A program made the translations under genes and the position numbers. The notes under the pieces are model-generated. The model ran no database searches and had not been told where the DNA came from. It saw only the letters and a program-made list of their open reading frames with translations. A DNA stretch of 32,000 nt from Psychrobacter sp. HD31 (GTDB taxonomy: Bacteria; Pseudomonadota; Gammaproteobacteria; Pseudomonadales; Moraxellaceae), in assembly GCF_051097895.1 (NCBI RefSeq), contig NZ_CP142525.1:540001-572000 (forward strand). Direction: 5' to 3'. The first letter of the stretch is position 1. Each line of letters starts with the position of its first letter. Of this stretch, positions 18,535-26,991 are shown in pieces.

Positions 18535-18891
18535 TTATTCGGTCGTAAAACTTGTTCCACACCCACAGCTTGCAGTAACATTTGGGTTATTAAACACGAT
18601 TGACTTGTTTAAACCTTCTTGCTTTAAGTCAATTTCACTACCAACAATCATTTTAAGCGCTTGCTCTGAAACAAAGATTTTAACACCATCAAAATTGTGT
18701 TCGCTATCTGTTTTTTCGGATTGTTCACCATAGTCAATAACATAAGAATAGCCAGCACAACCACTTGTTTTAACAGAAATACGGATAGATTGAATTTCTT
18801 GATTTTTTAGTTTTTTCTTAAAAAATTCAATTGCCGTATCGGTGACACGGATAGGTTGTTGCGAGATTGGGTTGAATACTTCAATACTCAT
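18535..18891 (-). CDS. sufA: A-type Fe-S cluster carrier (SufA/IscA/HesB family)
   Basis: 118 aa. The Cys in SGCAGYSY plus the C-terminal CGCGTSF give the C-x(n)-C-G-C ligand set of A-type carriers. Confidence 0.8.
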   Translation of the reverse strand: MSIEVFNPISQQPIRVTDTAIEFFKKKLKNQEIQSIRISVKTSGCAGYSYVIDYGEQSEKTDSEHNFDGVKIFVSEQALKMIVGSEIDLKQEGLNKSIVFNNPNVTASCGCGTSFTTE

Positions 18892-18961
18892 AATTTGCCC
18901 CAGTAATTTGTAATATGTGATTATAATAAATAAGGATTAAATTAGGTTTATTATATATAAA

Positions 18962-20197
18962 TTAACCTAAAAATGTTTTTGCTTTTTCTAGCGCGTCAAA
19001 TAGTCGGTCAATATCTTGTTTGGTATTATAAAAAGACAAAGATGCACGTAATGTGCCAGCGGGTAGCTTTAATTTGTTCATAATTGGCATGGCGCAATGG
19101 TGTCCTGTTCGAATAGCAATACCTTGCTGATCTAACAACATAGAAACATCATGACAATGGATACCTTTCAGCGTAAAGCTTAGTACGCCAGCACGTTTAT
19201 TATTAACGCCGATAGGGGTGAGTCCCTCAAAGGCTGTTGCTCTTTGGGATAAATGATTAGAAAGTGCTTCTTCATGCTCATAACGTGCGTTTGGATACTT
19301 ATCATCAATGGCATTTAAGTAGTCTATTGCCGCTTTTAAACCAATAACATCCGCAATGTTAGGTGTGCCAGCTTCAAACTTAAATGGTAATACATTAAAG
19401 CTTGTTTGCTCAATGCTCACTTCTTTAATCATCTCACCGCCCATCTGGTAAACGTCCATTTGCTCAAGCAATTCACGCTTGCCGTACAACACACCAACGC
19501 CCGTGGGGGCAAATAATTTGTGCCCAGAAAAGGCAAAAAAATCACAACCTAAATTCTGTACATCAACGTTTAAATGCGATATAGCTTGGGCGCCATCAAT
19601 TAATACTTTTGCACCTACTGCATGCGCCATTTTAATAATTTTTTCGACAGGCTGAATGGTACCCAAACTGTTGGCAACATTAGTTACAGCTACCATGATG
19701 ACATGCTCATCCAGCTGACGCTCGTATTCTTGCATGTCAATCATGCCATCTGCTGTTGCTGGTATGACAATAAAATCAAGCCCTAACTTGAGACATTGTT
19801 GTTGCCATGGCACAAAGTTAGCGTGGTGCTCTAGCTCTGATACGATTACTTTACCACCTTTTTTTGCAATGGTAGGTAAAAAACTATTTGCCACCATGTT
19901 AATGCTTTCGGTTGTGCCTTTTGTCCATATAATTTCGGCATCATAATTAGCATTAATAAATTTTTGAACCGTTTGACGACTCTCTTCAAAATGGCGGGTA
20001 GCACGGTCAGCAAGTGTATGCGCACCACGGTGTACATTTGAGTTGTCATATGTATAGTAATGCACCAATGCATCAATAACTGCCTGTGGTTTTTGCGTAG
20101 TGGCAGCATTATCCAAATAAACAAGTGGTTGTCCATTTACTTCTTGGTGAAGAATGGGAAAATCTTGGCGGATTTTATTAACGTCAAAGGTACTCAT
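18962..20197 (-). CDS. sufS: Group-II cysteine desulfurase SufS
   Basis: 411 aa. PLP-lysine context FSGHKLFAPTGVG and the group-II active-site loop RTGHHCAMP. Confidence 0.92.
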   Translation of the reverse strand: MSTFDVNKIRQDFPILHQEVNGQPLVYLDNAATTQKPQAVIDALVHYYTYDNSNVHRGAHTLADRATRHFEESRQTVQKFINANYDAEIIWTKGTTESINMVANSFLPTIAKKGGKVIVSELEHHANFVPWQQQCLKLGLDFIVIPATADGMIDMQEYERQLDEHVIMVAVTNVANSLGTIQPVEKIIKMAHAVGAKVLIDGAQAISHLNVDVQNLGCDFFAFSGHKLFAPTGVGVLYGKRELLEQMDVYQMGGEMIKEVSIEQTSFNVLPFKFEAGTPNIADVIGLKAAIDYLNAIDDKYPNARYEHEEALSNHLSQRATAFEGLTPIGVNNKRAGVLSFTLKGIHCHDVSMLLDQQGIAIRTGHHCAMPIMNKLKLPAGTLRASLSFYNTKQDIDRLFDALEKAKTFLG

Positions 20198-20258
20198 TTA
20201 TAGGTTCTCTTTTAAAGCTTTACTAGTTTTATTAAGCGATAAACAAAATATTAACAGG

Positions 20259-21572
20259 TTATCCAAAACGCTTAAATAAAATAGGGCGCAAGTATTCAGC
20301 AATTTCTTGATGCACAAGCTCTTCTAACAATTCATCAAAAAAAGCATAGCTTAACATCATTTCTGCCTCTTGTTTGGCAATACCACGTGCTCTTAAATAA
20401 TTTAAAGACCGATTATTTAGTCGGCTTACTGTTGCACCATGCGCACACACGACATCATCGGCATAAATTTCTAACTCTGGTTTGGTGTGTAAAATGGCAT
20501 CATCAGATAGAAGCAAGTTTTTATTGCTTAGCTCGGCAAGCGTCTTTTGTGCATCTGGCGAGATATGAATACGCCCATTAAAGGTTGCTTCGGCATTGCC
20601 GTTTACCAGCCCTCTAAAGTTTTCATTTGTTTTACCATTTGGTAGAGGATGATTAACTGTCGTGTGGTAATCGACTTGCTGCTGGTTATTTGCAACGTAC
20701 AATCCATCAATGTTTGCTTGGGCATGTTCACCAAGATGATTAACTTCAATATCAACTTTGTTTAATGTACTGCCGGTTGCCGTATTAAATGAATCGAGCT
20801 GACAATTTGATTGCAGGTTATAGCAAGTACTGGCAAAATGTAACGCATTATTATTTGGTAGTGTTAAGTCATAGTAAGTGCAACTTGCATTTTTGCCAAT
20901 ATTAATGATGTTATGCTGAGTTGATAAAACGTTACATCTGCTATCATCATCGTTTTCGCTTAAACAGCGATTTACTACCGATGCTTTGCACCCATCCGCA
21001 ATATCAATTAATACCTGAGAATTAACAATGGTATCGTTTTTACGGCTAGAGTTAATATGAATGATTTCAATAATACTGTTAGGGCTTGATTGATTAGCTT
21101 CTATCAAAATGGCATTATTATTTACCCCGGTAAAACAGGCATTAGCAACAATAAATGGGTTGTTTTCAACACGATGGCTAGAAAGCATATCAACAATCTT
21201 AGCTTGCTGTGTACTATTAGCTTTGTTAAAGGTAACAATTTGATGATTACCAAGCGCACTTAACGATTCAGAAAATACACCATCTACAAAAACAACTTGT
21301 TCTCGTACTTGCGTGCTCAGCAAACTATCATTTTTTAACAAGTTGATAGCAAACTGCTCATTTGTCGCATTCTCTGCCAGATTAAATTGCTTATCTAAAA
21401 AAGCATCCATGCGGTTATATTTAAAGTGCTCAACACCTGCATGAGGAAATACAGACTGCTGTAACGCATCAATGTGAGTTTGGCGGTATTCACTCAGCCA
21501 ATCTGTTTTATTTAAGCCTGTTGCGAGTGCCACAAGTTGGGGTATGACAGTGTTATTTGTTTTTGTGTTCAT
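20259..21572 (-). CDS. sufD: Fe-S cluster assembly protein SufD
   Basis: 437 aa. C-terminal VVCAHGATVSRLNNRSLNYLRARGI corresponds to the E. coli SufD C358/H360 region. Beta-helix-like repetitive core. Confidence 0.9.
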   Translation of the reverse strand: MNTKTNNTVIPQLVALATGLNKTDWLSEYRQTHIDALQQSVFPHAGVEHFKYNRMDAFLDKQFNLAENATNEQFAINLLKNDSLLSTQVREQVVFVDGVFSESLSALGNHQIVTFNKANSTQQAKIVDMLSSHRVENNPFIVANACFTGVNNNAILIEANQSSPNSIIEIIHINSSRKNDTIVNSQVLIDIADGCKASVVNRCLSENDDDSRCNVLSTQHNIINIGKNASCTYYDLTLPNNNALHFASTCYNLQSNCQLDSFNTATGSTLNKVDIEVNHLGEHAQANIDGLYVANNQQQVDYHTTVNHPLPNGKTNENFRGLVNGNAEATFNGRIHISPDAQKTLAELSNKNLLLSDDAILHTKPELEIYADDVVCAHGATVSRLNNRSLNYLRARGIAKQEAEMMLSYAFFDELLEELVHQEIAEYLRPILFKRFG

Positions 21573-21664
21573 TGTTTATCTTATTCGTTGATACTTTTAT
21601 TTTAAGCGTTATGACCGACTTATATCACTCATATTATAAATAAATCAAAATAAAGCGACAAAAA

Positions 21665-22411
21665 TTAGCGGTTTTCAATGACCCAATCATAGCCATGGTT
21701 TTCTAGGTCTAAAGCCAGCGATTTATCACCTGATTTTACAATTTTTCCATCACTTAAAATGTGTACATAATCTGGCACGATATAATCAAGCAATCGTTGG
21801 TAATGCGTGACCACAATAAATGAGCGTTCTGGCGTTCTTAAACTATTAACACCTTCTGCAACCGCTTGCAGTGCGTCAATATCTAATCCAGAATCTGTTT
21901 CATCTAGGATACATAATTTAGGTTCTAGTAGCATCATTTGCAAAATTTCATTGCGTTTTTTCTCGCCACCGCTAAAACCTTCATTCACACCACGTTTTAA
22001 GAAATCTTCTTTCATACCAATTTCTTTACACTTAGCACGGGTAAGTTTTAACATCTCGATTTGTGACAGTTCTGGCTCACCATGGTAGCGACGCATGCTA
22101 TTGTATGAAGCACGTAAAAACTCAAGATTACTGATACCGGGGATTTCAGCTGGGTATTGAAATGCTAAAAACAGTCCCTCACAGGCACGTTCTTCAGGTT
22201 CTAGCTCAAACAAATCTATTCCATTTAACGTGGCAGAGCCTTGCTCTACTTCATAGCCTTCACGACCTGTTAATATGTTGCCCAAGGTGCTTTTACCAGC
22301 CCCATTTGGTCCCATAATAGCGTGAACCTCACCAGGTTTGATAGAAAGGTTAAGACCTTTTAAAATTGTTTTATCTTCAACATTTGCGATTAAATCTTTT
22401 ACTTCTAACAT
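21665..22411 (-). CDS. sufC: Fe-S cluster assembly ATPase SufC
   Basis: Walker [13 protein letters not shown] signature FSGGEKKR, Walker [13 protein letters not shown]. 248 aa. Confidence 0.95.
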   Translation of the reverse strand: MLEVKDLIANVEDKTILKGLNLSIKPGEVHAIMGPNGAGKSTLGNILTGREGYEVEQGSATLNGIDLFELEPEERACEGLFLAFQYPAEIPGISNLEFLRASYNSMRRYHGEPELSQIEMLKLTRAKCKEIGMKEDFLKRGVNEGFSGGEKKRNEILQMMLLEPKLCILDETDSGLDIDALQAVAEGVNSLRTPERSFIVVTHYQRLLDYIVPDYVHILSDGKIVKSGDKSLALDLENHGYDWVIENR

Positions 22412-22456
22412 ATTGCTTGCTCAATAAAAATTTAAATAATAATGGGGTAGTGGGGA

Positions 22457-23995
22457 TTAACCTACAGACCCTTCCAAACTGGCTTCTAATAACTCTGCCG
22501 CCTCGACAGAAAACTCATGTGGCAATTGCTGGAATACTTCTTTACAGAATCCATTGACAATCATAGATACCGCTTTTTCTGGCTCAATCCCACGTTGTAA
22601 GCATAAAAACAGTTGGTCATCACTAACTTTAGAGGTGGTTGCCTCATGCTCTACAGTTGCCGAGCTATTATAGCTATCTATATATGGGAAGGTATGGGCA
22701 CCACATTTATCTCCAATCAACAACGAATCACATTGTGTAAAGTTACGTGCATGCTTGGCATTTTTAGTCATTTTGACTAAACCACGATAAGTGTTTTGAC
22801 TTTGTGCGGTAGAAATACCTTTTGACACAATCAGTGAGCTAGAGTTTTTGCCGATATGGATCATCTTAGTGCCGGTATCTGCTTGCTGTTTGTGCTTTGT
22901 TAATGCCACAGAATAAAACTCACCAACACTGTTTTCACCCATTAACACACAGCTTGGATACTTCCAAGTAATGGCAGAACCGGTTTCTACCTGCGCCCAG
23001 CTAATTTTGGCATTGTTAAACGCCATACCGCGTTTAGTTACAAAGTTGTAAATACCACCATCGCCATTTTCATCACCTGGGTACCAGTTTTGTACGGTAG
23101 AGTATTTAATCTCAGCATTATCTAACGCCACAATCTCAACGACAGCGGCATGCAATTGGTTTTCTTTACGGATGGGGGCAGTACAGCCTTCTAAGTAACT
23201 TACGCTACTGCCTTCATCGGCAATAACCAAAGTTCGCTCAAATTGCCCAGTACCATGGTGATTGATACGGAAATAAGTTGATAAATCCATTGGGCATTTA
23301 ACGCCTTTAGGAATATAAACAAAAGTGCCTGCTGCAAATACGGCACTGTTTAAGGCAGAAAAAAAGTTATCGTCTACTGCCACAACAGACCCAAGATATT
23401 TTTTGATGATATCGGCATGGGTATGTACAGCCTCACTAAAAGGCTTAAAAATAATACCTAACTCTTCTAATTGTTGACGATAAGTTGTAATCACAGATGC
23501 CGAGTCAAATACCGCATCAACTGCAACTTTAGCATTTTTGATGTCATCTTCTTCATCAATCTTTACGCCCAAACGCTTATAAGTATCACGGATTTCTTCA
23601 GACAACTCGTCAGACTTTTCTACATGTTTTTCGGCATCTTTAGGGATCGAATAATAAGAAATAGCATCATAATCAGGCTTATCATAATTTAAATGAGCCC
23701 AATCTGGTTCATCCATTTCTAGCCATGCACGATAGGCAGATAAACGCCAATCTGTCATCCATTCAGGCTCGCCTTTTTGCTCAGAAATAAAACGCACTTT
23801 ATCCTCATCCAGCCCTGGAGAAAGGGTAGTTGAGTCTACATCAGTAAAAAAGCCTTCATGATACTGTTGATGTTTATTCAAATGCGCATGAATGGTTTTA
23901 TTAGTTTGTTGTTCCTGATGCGTATCAGAGCAAGATTTTTCGCCACAACTACCACACTCAGGTTGTTGAGCAGAAACGATTTCTTCATATGCCAT
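22457..23995 (-). CDS. sufB: Fe-S cluster scaffold protein SufB, with a Cys/His-rich N-terminal extension
   Basis: 512 aa. [17 protein letters not shown] and VEHEATTS match the functionally important C254, C405 and H433/E434 contexts of E. coli SufB (positions as I recall them). The N-terminus carries C14-x2-C17-x4-C22 and five His residues. Confidence 0.95.
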   Translation of the reverse strand: MAYEEIVSAQQPECGSCGEKSCSDTHQEQQTNKTIHAHLNKHQQYHEGFFTDVDSTTLSPGLDEDKVRFISEQKGEPEWMTDWRLSAYRAWLEMDEPDWAHLNYDKPDYDAISYYSIPKDAEKHVEKSDELSEEIRDTYKRLGVKIDEEDDIKNAKVAVDAVFDSASVITTYRQQLEELGIIFKPFSEAVHTHADIIKKYLGSVVAVDDNFFSALNSAVFAAGTFVYIPKGVKCPMDLSTYFRINHHGTGQFERTLVIADEGSSVSYLEGCTAPIRKENQLHAAVVEIVALDNAEIKYSTVQNWYPGDENGDGGIYNFVTKRGMAFNNAKISWAQVETGSAITWKYPSCVLMGENSVGEFYSVALTKHKQQADTGTKMIHIGKNSSSLIVSKGISTAQSQNTYRGLVKMTKNAKHARNFTQCDSLLIGDKCGAHTFPYIDSYNSSATVEHEATTSKVSDDQLFLCLQRGIEPEKAVSMIVNGFCKEVFQQLPHEFSVEAAELLEASLEGSVG

Positions 23996-24063
23996 GATTA
24001 TTACCTAATTGCCTAGTCTAACATCAATAAAAACTGTTGATATTATTTGGGTTAAAATAAAAC

Positions 24064-25281
24064 TTAACTGTTTTGTTGTTGTCTTTGTTGTTGCCATAAA
24101 GGTGATAGTTCTCTTAATGTATTGATTGCATCGTGTATTTGCATAAGTGCATCATCAATATTTTGTTCGGTTGTTAACCTGCCAAAGCTAAATCTAATAG
24201 AGCTATTGGCAAGCTGTTCATCACAACCAATTGCCGTTAATACAAAAGAAGGTTTAACACTTGCCGAGTTACAAGCAGAACCTGATGAAACCGCAAGACC
24301 ACTTAACGACATCATTAATGATTGACCTTCTACAAAGTCAAAACCAATATTAATGATATTTGCGACACCATTTTCTATATCACCATTTAAATGAATACCT
24401 TTAATATCTTGTAAACCAGACCAAAACTTATCTCTTAGTTGTTTGATGTGTTTTTGGTCTTTATCAAAGTCTTGTTTTAAAATATCAAAAGCAGTACCCA
24501 TTCCAACAATTTGATGTGTTGCTAACGTGCCTGAGCGCATGCCAAATTCGTGCCCACCACCATGTTGTTGCGCCGTTAATTTAATTCTTGGTTTATCATC
24601 AACAATACGTACATATAAAGCACCAATACCTTTAGGACCGTATGCTTTATGCCCTGACATACTCATTAAGTCAACATTTAGTTTTTGCATGTCTACTGGT
24701 AGCTTACCAATACCTTGAGCGGCATCCACATGAAAAAACACGCCAGCTTTTTTAGCTATTTTTCCAATGGCATCGATATCGGTAATTGTACCAATCTCAT
24801 TATTTACCATCATTAGGCTGATTAACACCGTATCATCACGTAAAGCTTCTAACACTTGTTCTGGTAAAATTAGCCCAGTGCCTTGTTGAGGTTTTAAATA
24901 AGTTACCTCAAAGCCTTGTTGTTCTAGATAGTGGCAACTATCTAATACCGCTTTATGCTCAATTTGGCTTGTAATGATGTGTTTGCCAAGGTCTTGGTAT
25001 GCCTCGGCTATACCCTTAATTGCTAAATTATCAGACTCGGTTGCGCCAGAGGTAAAGATAATTTCTCTGGGGTCAGCATTTATTGTTTCTGCAATTTGTA
25101 TTCTTGCCGTTTCAACCGCTTCTTCTGCTTGCCAACCAAACCCATGTGAGCGAGATGCTGGGTTTCCAAACACCCCATCAATGGTTAAGCAATTAATCAT
25201 TTTATCTGCAACTCTTTTATCTACAGGAGTAGTGGCGGCATAGTCAAGATAAATCAAACCGCCATTCCTCAAAGTTGTCAT
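24064..25281 (-). CDS. iscS: Group-I cysteine desulfurase (IscS/NifS type)
   Basis: 405 aa. PLP-lysine context [16 protein letters not shown] and the group-I mobile-loop active site [17 protein letters not shown]. Its ATG overlaps the iscR stop codon (ATGA at 25278-25281). Confidence 0.9.
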   Translation of the reverse strand: MTTLRNGGLIYLDYAATTPVDKRVADKMINCLTIDGVFGNPASRSHGFGWQAEEAVETARIQIAETINADPREIIFTSGATESDNLAIKGIAEAYQDLGKHIITSQIEHKAVLDSCHYLEQQGFEVTYLKPQQGTGLILPEQVLEALRDDTVLISLMMVNNEIGTITDIDAIGKIAKKAGVFFHVDAAQGIGKLPVDMQKLNVDLMSMSGHKAYGPKGIGALYVRIVDDKPRIKLTAQQHGGGHEFGMRSGTLATHQIVGMGTAFDILKQDFDKDQKHIKQLRDKFWSGLQDIKGIHLNGDIENGVANIINIGFDFVEGQSLMMSLSGLAVSSGSACNSASVKPSFVLTAIGCDEQLANSSIRFSFGRLTTEQNIDDALMQIHDAINTLRELSPLWQQQRQQQNS

Positions 25282-25757
25282 ACAGGTTGTGCCTCATTTT
25301 TAGTTAGTAATTCTACTGTATTAATTTGGCGTTCATTAACAGCATGCACGCTGTCCATATCTAATAATTGTGCCAAAGTAATTTTTGTTAAATAAGCTTC
25401 AATATGATTAGATAAGTCATACCAAAGATCGTGTGTTAAGCAAACAGCACCGCCATGGCAGTTGCCTTTGCCTTCGCATTTAGTTGCATTAATAGACTCA
25501 TCTACCGCTGTAATAATGCTCATTACATCCACTTCATTTAGTGGTTTGGCGATTTTATAACCACCAGCTGCACCACGGGTACTGCTAACAATGCCTTTTT
25601 TACGTAATTTAGAAAACAACTGCTCTAAATAAGAAATAGAAATAGACTGTCTTGTTGCAATGTCTGACAATGAAATTGCACTGTCATGTTGGCTTTGTTG
25701 TAATGCCAAATCTAATAAGGCTGTAACTGCATATCTTCCACGAGTTGTTAAACGCAT
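25278..25757 (-). CDS. iscR: [2Fe-2S]-sensing Rrf2-family transcriptional regulator IscR
   Basis: [19 protein letters not shown]... is collinear with E. coli IscR. The cluster ligands C-x5-C-x5-C-x2-H are present ([16 protein letters not shown]). I place the start at ATG 25757, which has GGAG 7 nt upstream. The track's 25793 is a TTG that would start inside the predicted 5' UTR. Confidence 0.9.
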   Translation of the reverse strand: MRLTTRGRYAVTALLDLALQQSQHDSAISLSDIATRQSISISYLEQLFSKLRKKGIVSSTRGAAGGYKIAKPLNEVDVMSIITAVDESINATKCEGKGNCHGGAVCLTHDLWYDLSNHIEAYLTKITLAQLLDMDSVHAVNERQINTVELLTKNEAQPV

Positions 25758-25815
25758 TGATAACTCCAGTTTAGTATCATAATTAAAAGGCAATTACCTT
25801 TCGTATTTTTCATGA

Positions 25816-25844
25816 ATTATACTAATCCTGACTAAAACAGTCAA
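25816..25844 (-). promoter_or_regulatory. Near-consensus sigma70 promoter of the iscR-iscS-suf operon
   Basis: The minus strand reads TTGACT (25844-25839), a 17-nt spacer, then TATAAT (25821-25816). The predicted 5' UTR is about 50 nt and ends in a GGAG Shine-Dalgarno sequence before ATG 25757. Confidence 0.6.
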
Positions 25845-25848
25845 GTTT
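25824..25848. promoter_or_regulatory. IscR type-1 operator overlapping the -35 hexamer and spacer
   Basis: AATCCTGACTAAAACAGTCAAGTTT matches 22 of 25 positions of the type-1 IscR consensus as I recall it (ATASYYGACTRWWWYAGTCRRSTAT). This includes both GACT/AGTC half-sites with the exact 5-bp central spacing. It scores equally on both strands because it is palindromic. Confidence 0.6.
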
Positions 25849-25911
25849 TAAAAACATGGAGAAATCAGTTATCAATCCTTATTTAAAATTTGTATTGTTA
25901 CACAAAAAGCT

Positions 25912-26277
25912 TTAAATAATTTGGCTAATAAGCCATAACAACGCATTTAAAATTGCAATGCCTAAAATCATGCAAATAAAAAGCTGTCGTGTAAAATGAT
26001 ACAACGCCAAAACCATAAATAACGTCATGACTTGCGCAACAAAAAGCTGAGTATTTGTATCTTTTAAATCAAATAAACTGGTGGCTGTATCAAAACTTGG
26101 ATAAGTTAAACTGACCAAAATTAAAAGTACCATAACAGCCAAGGGCAGGTTTTCATTTAATTGATGCAACCAAGGTTTATCTAATATTTTTTTGGGAATC
26201 AGCACAGGTACTGCACGAGTCACAAAAGTAACACCAGCCATTACTAAAGCTGCCAAAATAAGGTAGCTGCTACTCAT
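25912..26277 (-). CDS. azlD: Branched-chain amino acid exporter small subunit AzlD
   Basis: Small, very hydrophobic four-helix protein immediately after azlC. I prefer ATG 26277 (MSSSYLILAAL), which has AAAGGAG 6 nt upstream and overlaps the azlC stop region by 8 nt. The track start 26301 remains possible. Confidence 0.7.
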   Translation of the reverse strand: MSSSYLILAALVMAGVTFVTRAVPVLIPKKILDKPWLHQLNENLPLAVMVLLILVSLTYPSFDTATSLFDLKDTNTQLFVAQVMTLFMVLALYHFTRQLFICMILGIAILNALLWLISQII

Positions 26278-26962
26278 CGCTGGCTCCTTTAAATTTTGCA
26301 ACTACCAAAATAATGATAGTGCTAAGCCCAATAGATGTTAGCAATAGCCAATCTGATGCAAACGGTAATGCTACTATAATGCTGGCAAAGGCAACAAAAA
26401 TAGGGAAGAAGCTGTTAACCGCTTTAAATTGTTCATAGGCTAAAATCACAAACAAACAAATAAGGGCAAAATCAAGGTGGGGTATCATATCGCCCAAAAT
26501 ATTGCCTAATAACCCACCAATAATCGTTGCCAATACCCACCAAGACTGATTAAAGAGACTGACAGGCAGCATAACTGCTTGACGCTCATTTTTAGGTAGG
26601 CTAGTCAAAACAGAAAAAGTCTCATCCGTTAATGCAAATAGGCAATAGGTGCGTGCTAATATATTTGTTGGTAGTTGTTGCAATAGTGGCAAACCATAAA
26701 ATACATGACGTAAATTAATTGCAGCAATGTTAGTACCTAATTGAGACAGAGGGATTCCAGAAGCGAGCATCGGAATACAAGCGTATTGAGCCGCCCCGGC
26801 AAACAAAACGACACTCAGCATTATCGATGCCCATAATGGAATGCCGGCCACTTGAGCAAGTACGCCAAAAGCAATGCCAGCTGGCAAATAGCCCATGGCA
26901 ACTGGCAAACTATAAGAGAACCCTTTTTTCCAATCTGTTTGATGTATTTCTGATTTTTGCAT
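26270..26962 (-). CDS. azlC: Branched-chain amino acid exporter large subunit AzlC
   Basis: 230-aa polytopic membrane protein. Typical AzlC blocks include GYLPAGIAFGVLA, FAGAAQY and LRHVFYG, and it is paired with an AzlD-like gene. Confidence 0.8.
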   Translation of the reverse strand: MQKSEIHQTDWKKGFSYSLPVAMGYLPAGIAFGVLAQVAGIPLWASIMLSVVLFAGAAQYACIPMLASGIPLSQLGTNIAAINLRHVFYGLPLLQQLPTNILARTYCLFALTDETFSVLTSLPKNERQAVMLPVSLFNQSWWVLATIIGGLLGNILGDMIPHLDFALICLFVILAYEQFKAVNSFFPIFVAFASIIVALPFASDWLLLTSIGLSTIIILVVAKFKGASDE

Positions 26963-26991
26963 TTATTGTTATTTACTAAAAAGTCATTAAA

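Noticed and set aside
23996-24063. A possible Fur box or IscR type-2 site in the iscS-sufB spacer (AATAATATCAACAGTTTTTATTGAT on the minus strand, with 5-bp ATCAA/TTGAT arms).
   Set aside because: Only the 5-bp arms are palindromic. The match to the 19-bp Fur consensus GATAATGATAATCATTATC is poor, and I could not fit the CC...GG spacing of the type-2 IscR motif. The similarity looks like AT-rich background.
25758-25793. The track's longer iscR ORF, starting at TTG 25793 (MPFNYDTKLELS...).
   Set aside because: Those codons lie within the predicted 5' UTR, about 20 nt downstream of the TATAAT -10 element. E. coli IscR aligns from the MRLT... Met at 25757, which has its own GGAG Shine-Dalgarno sequence.
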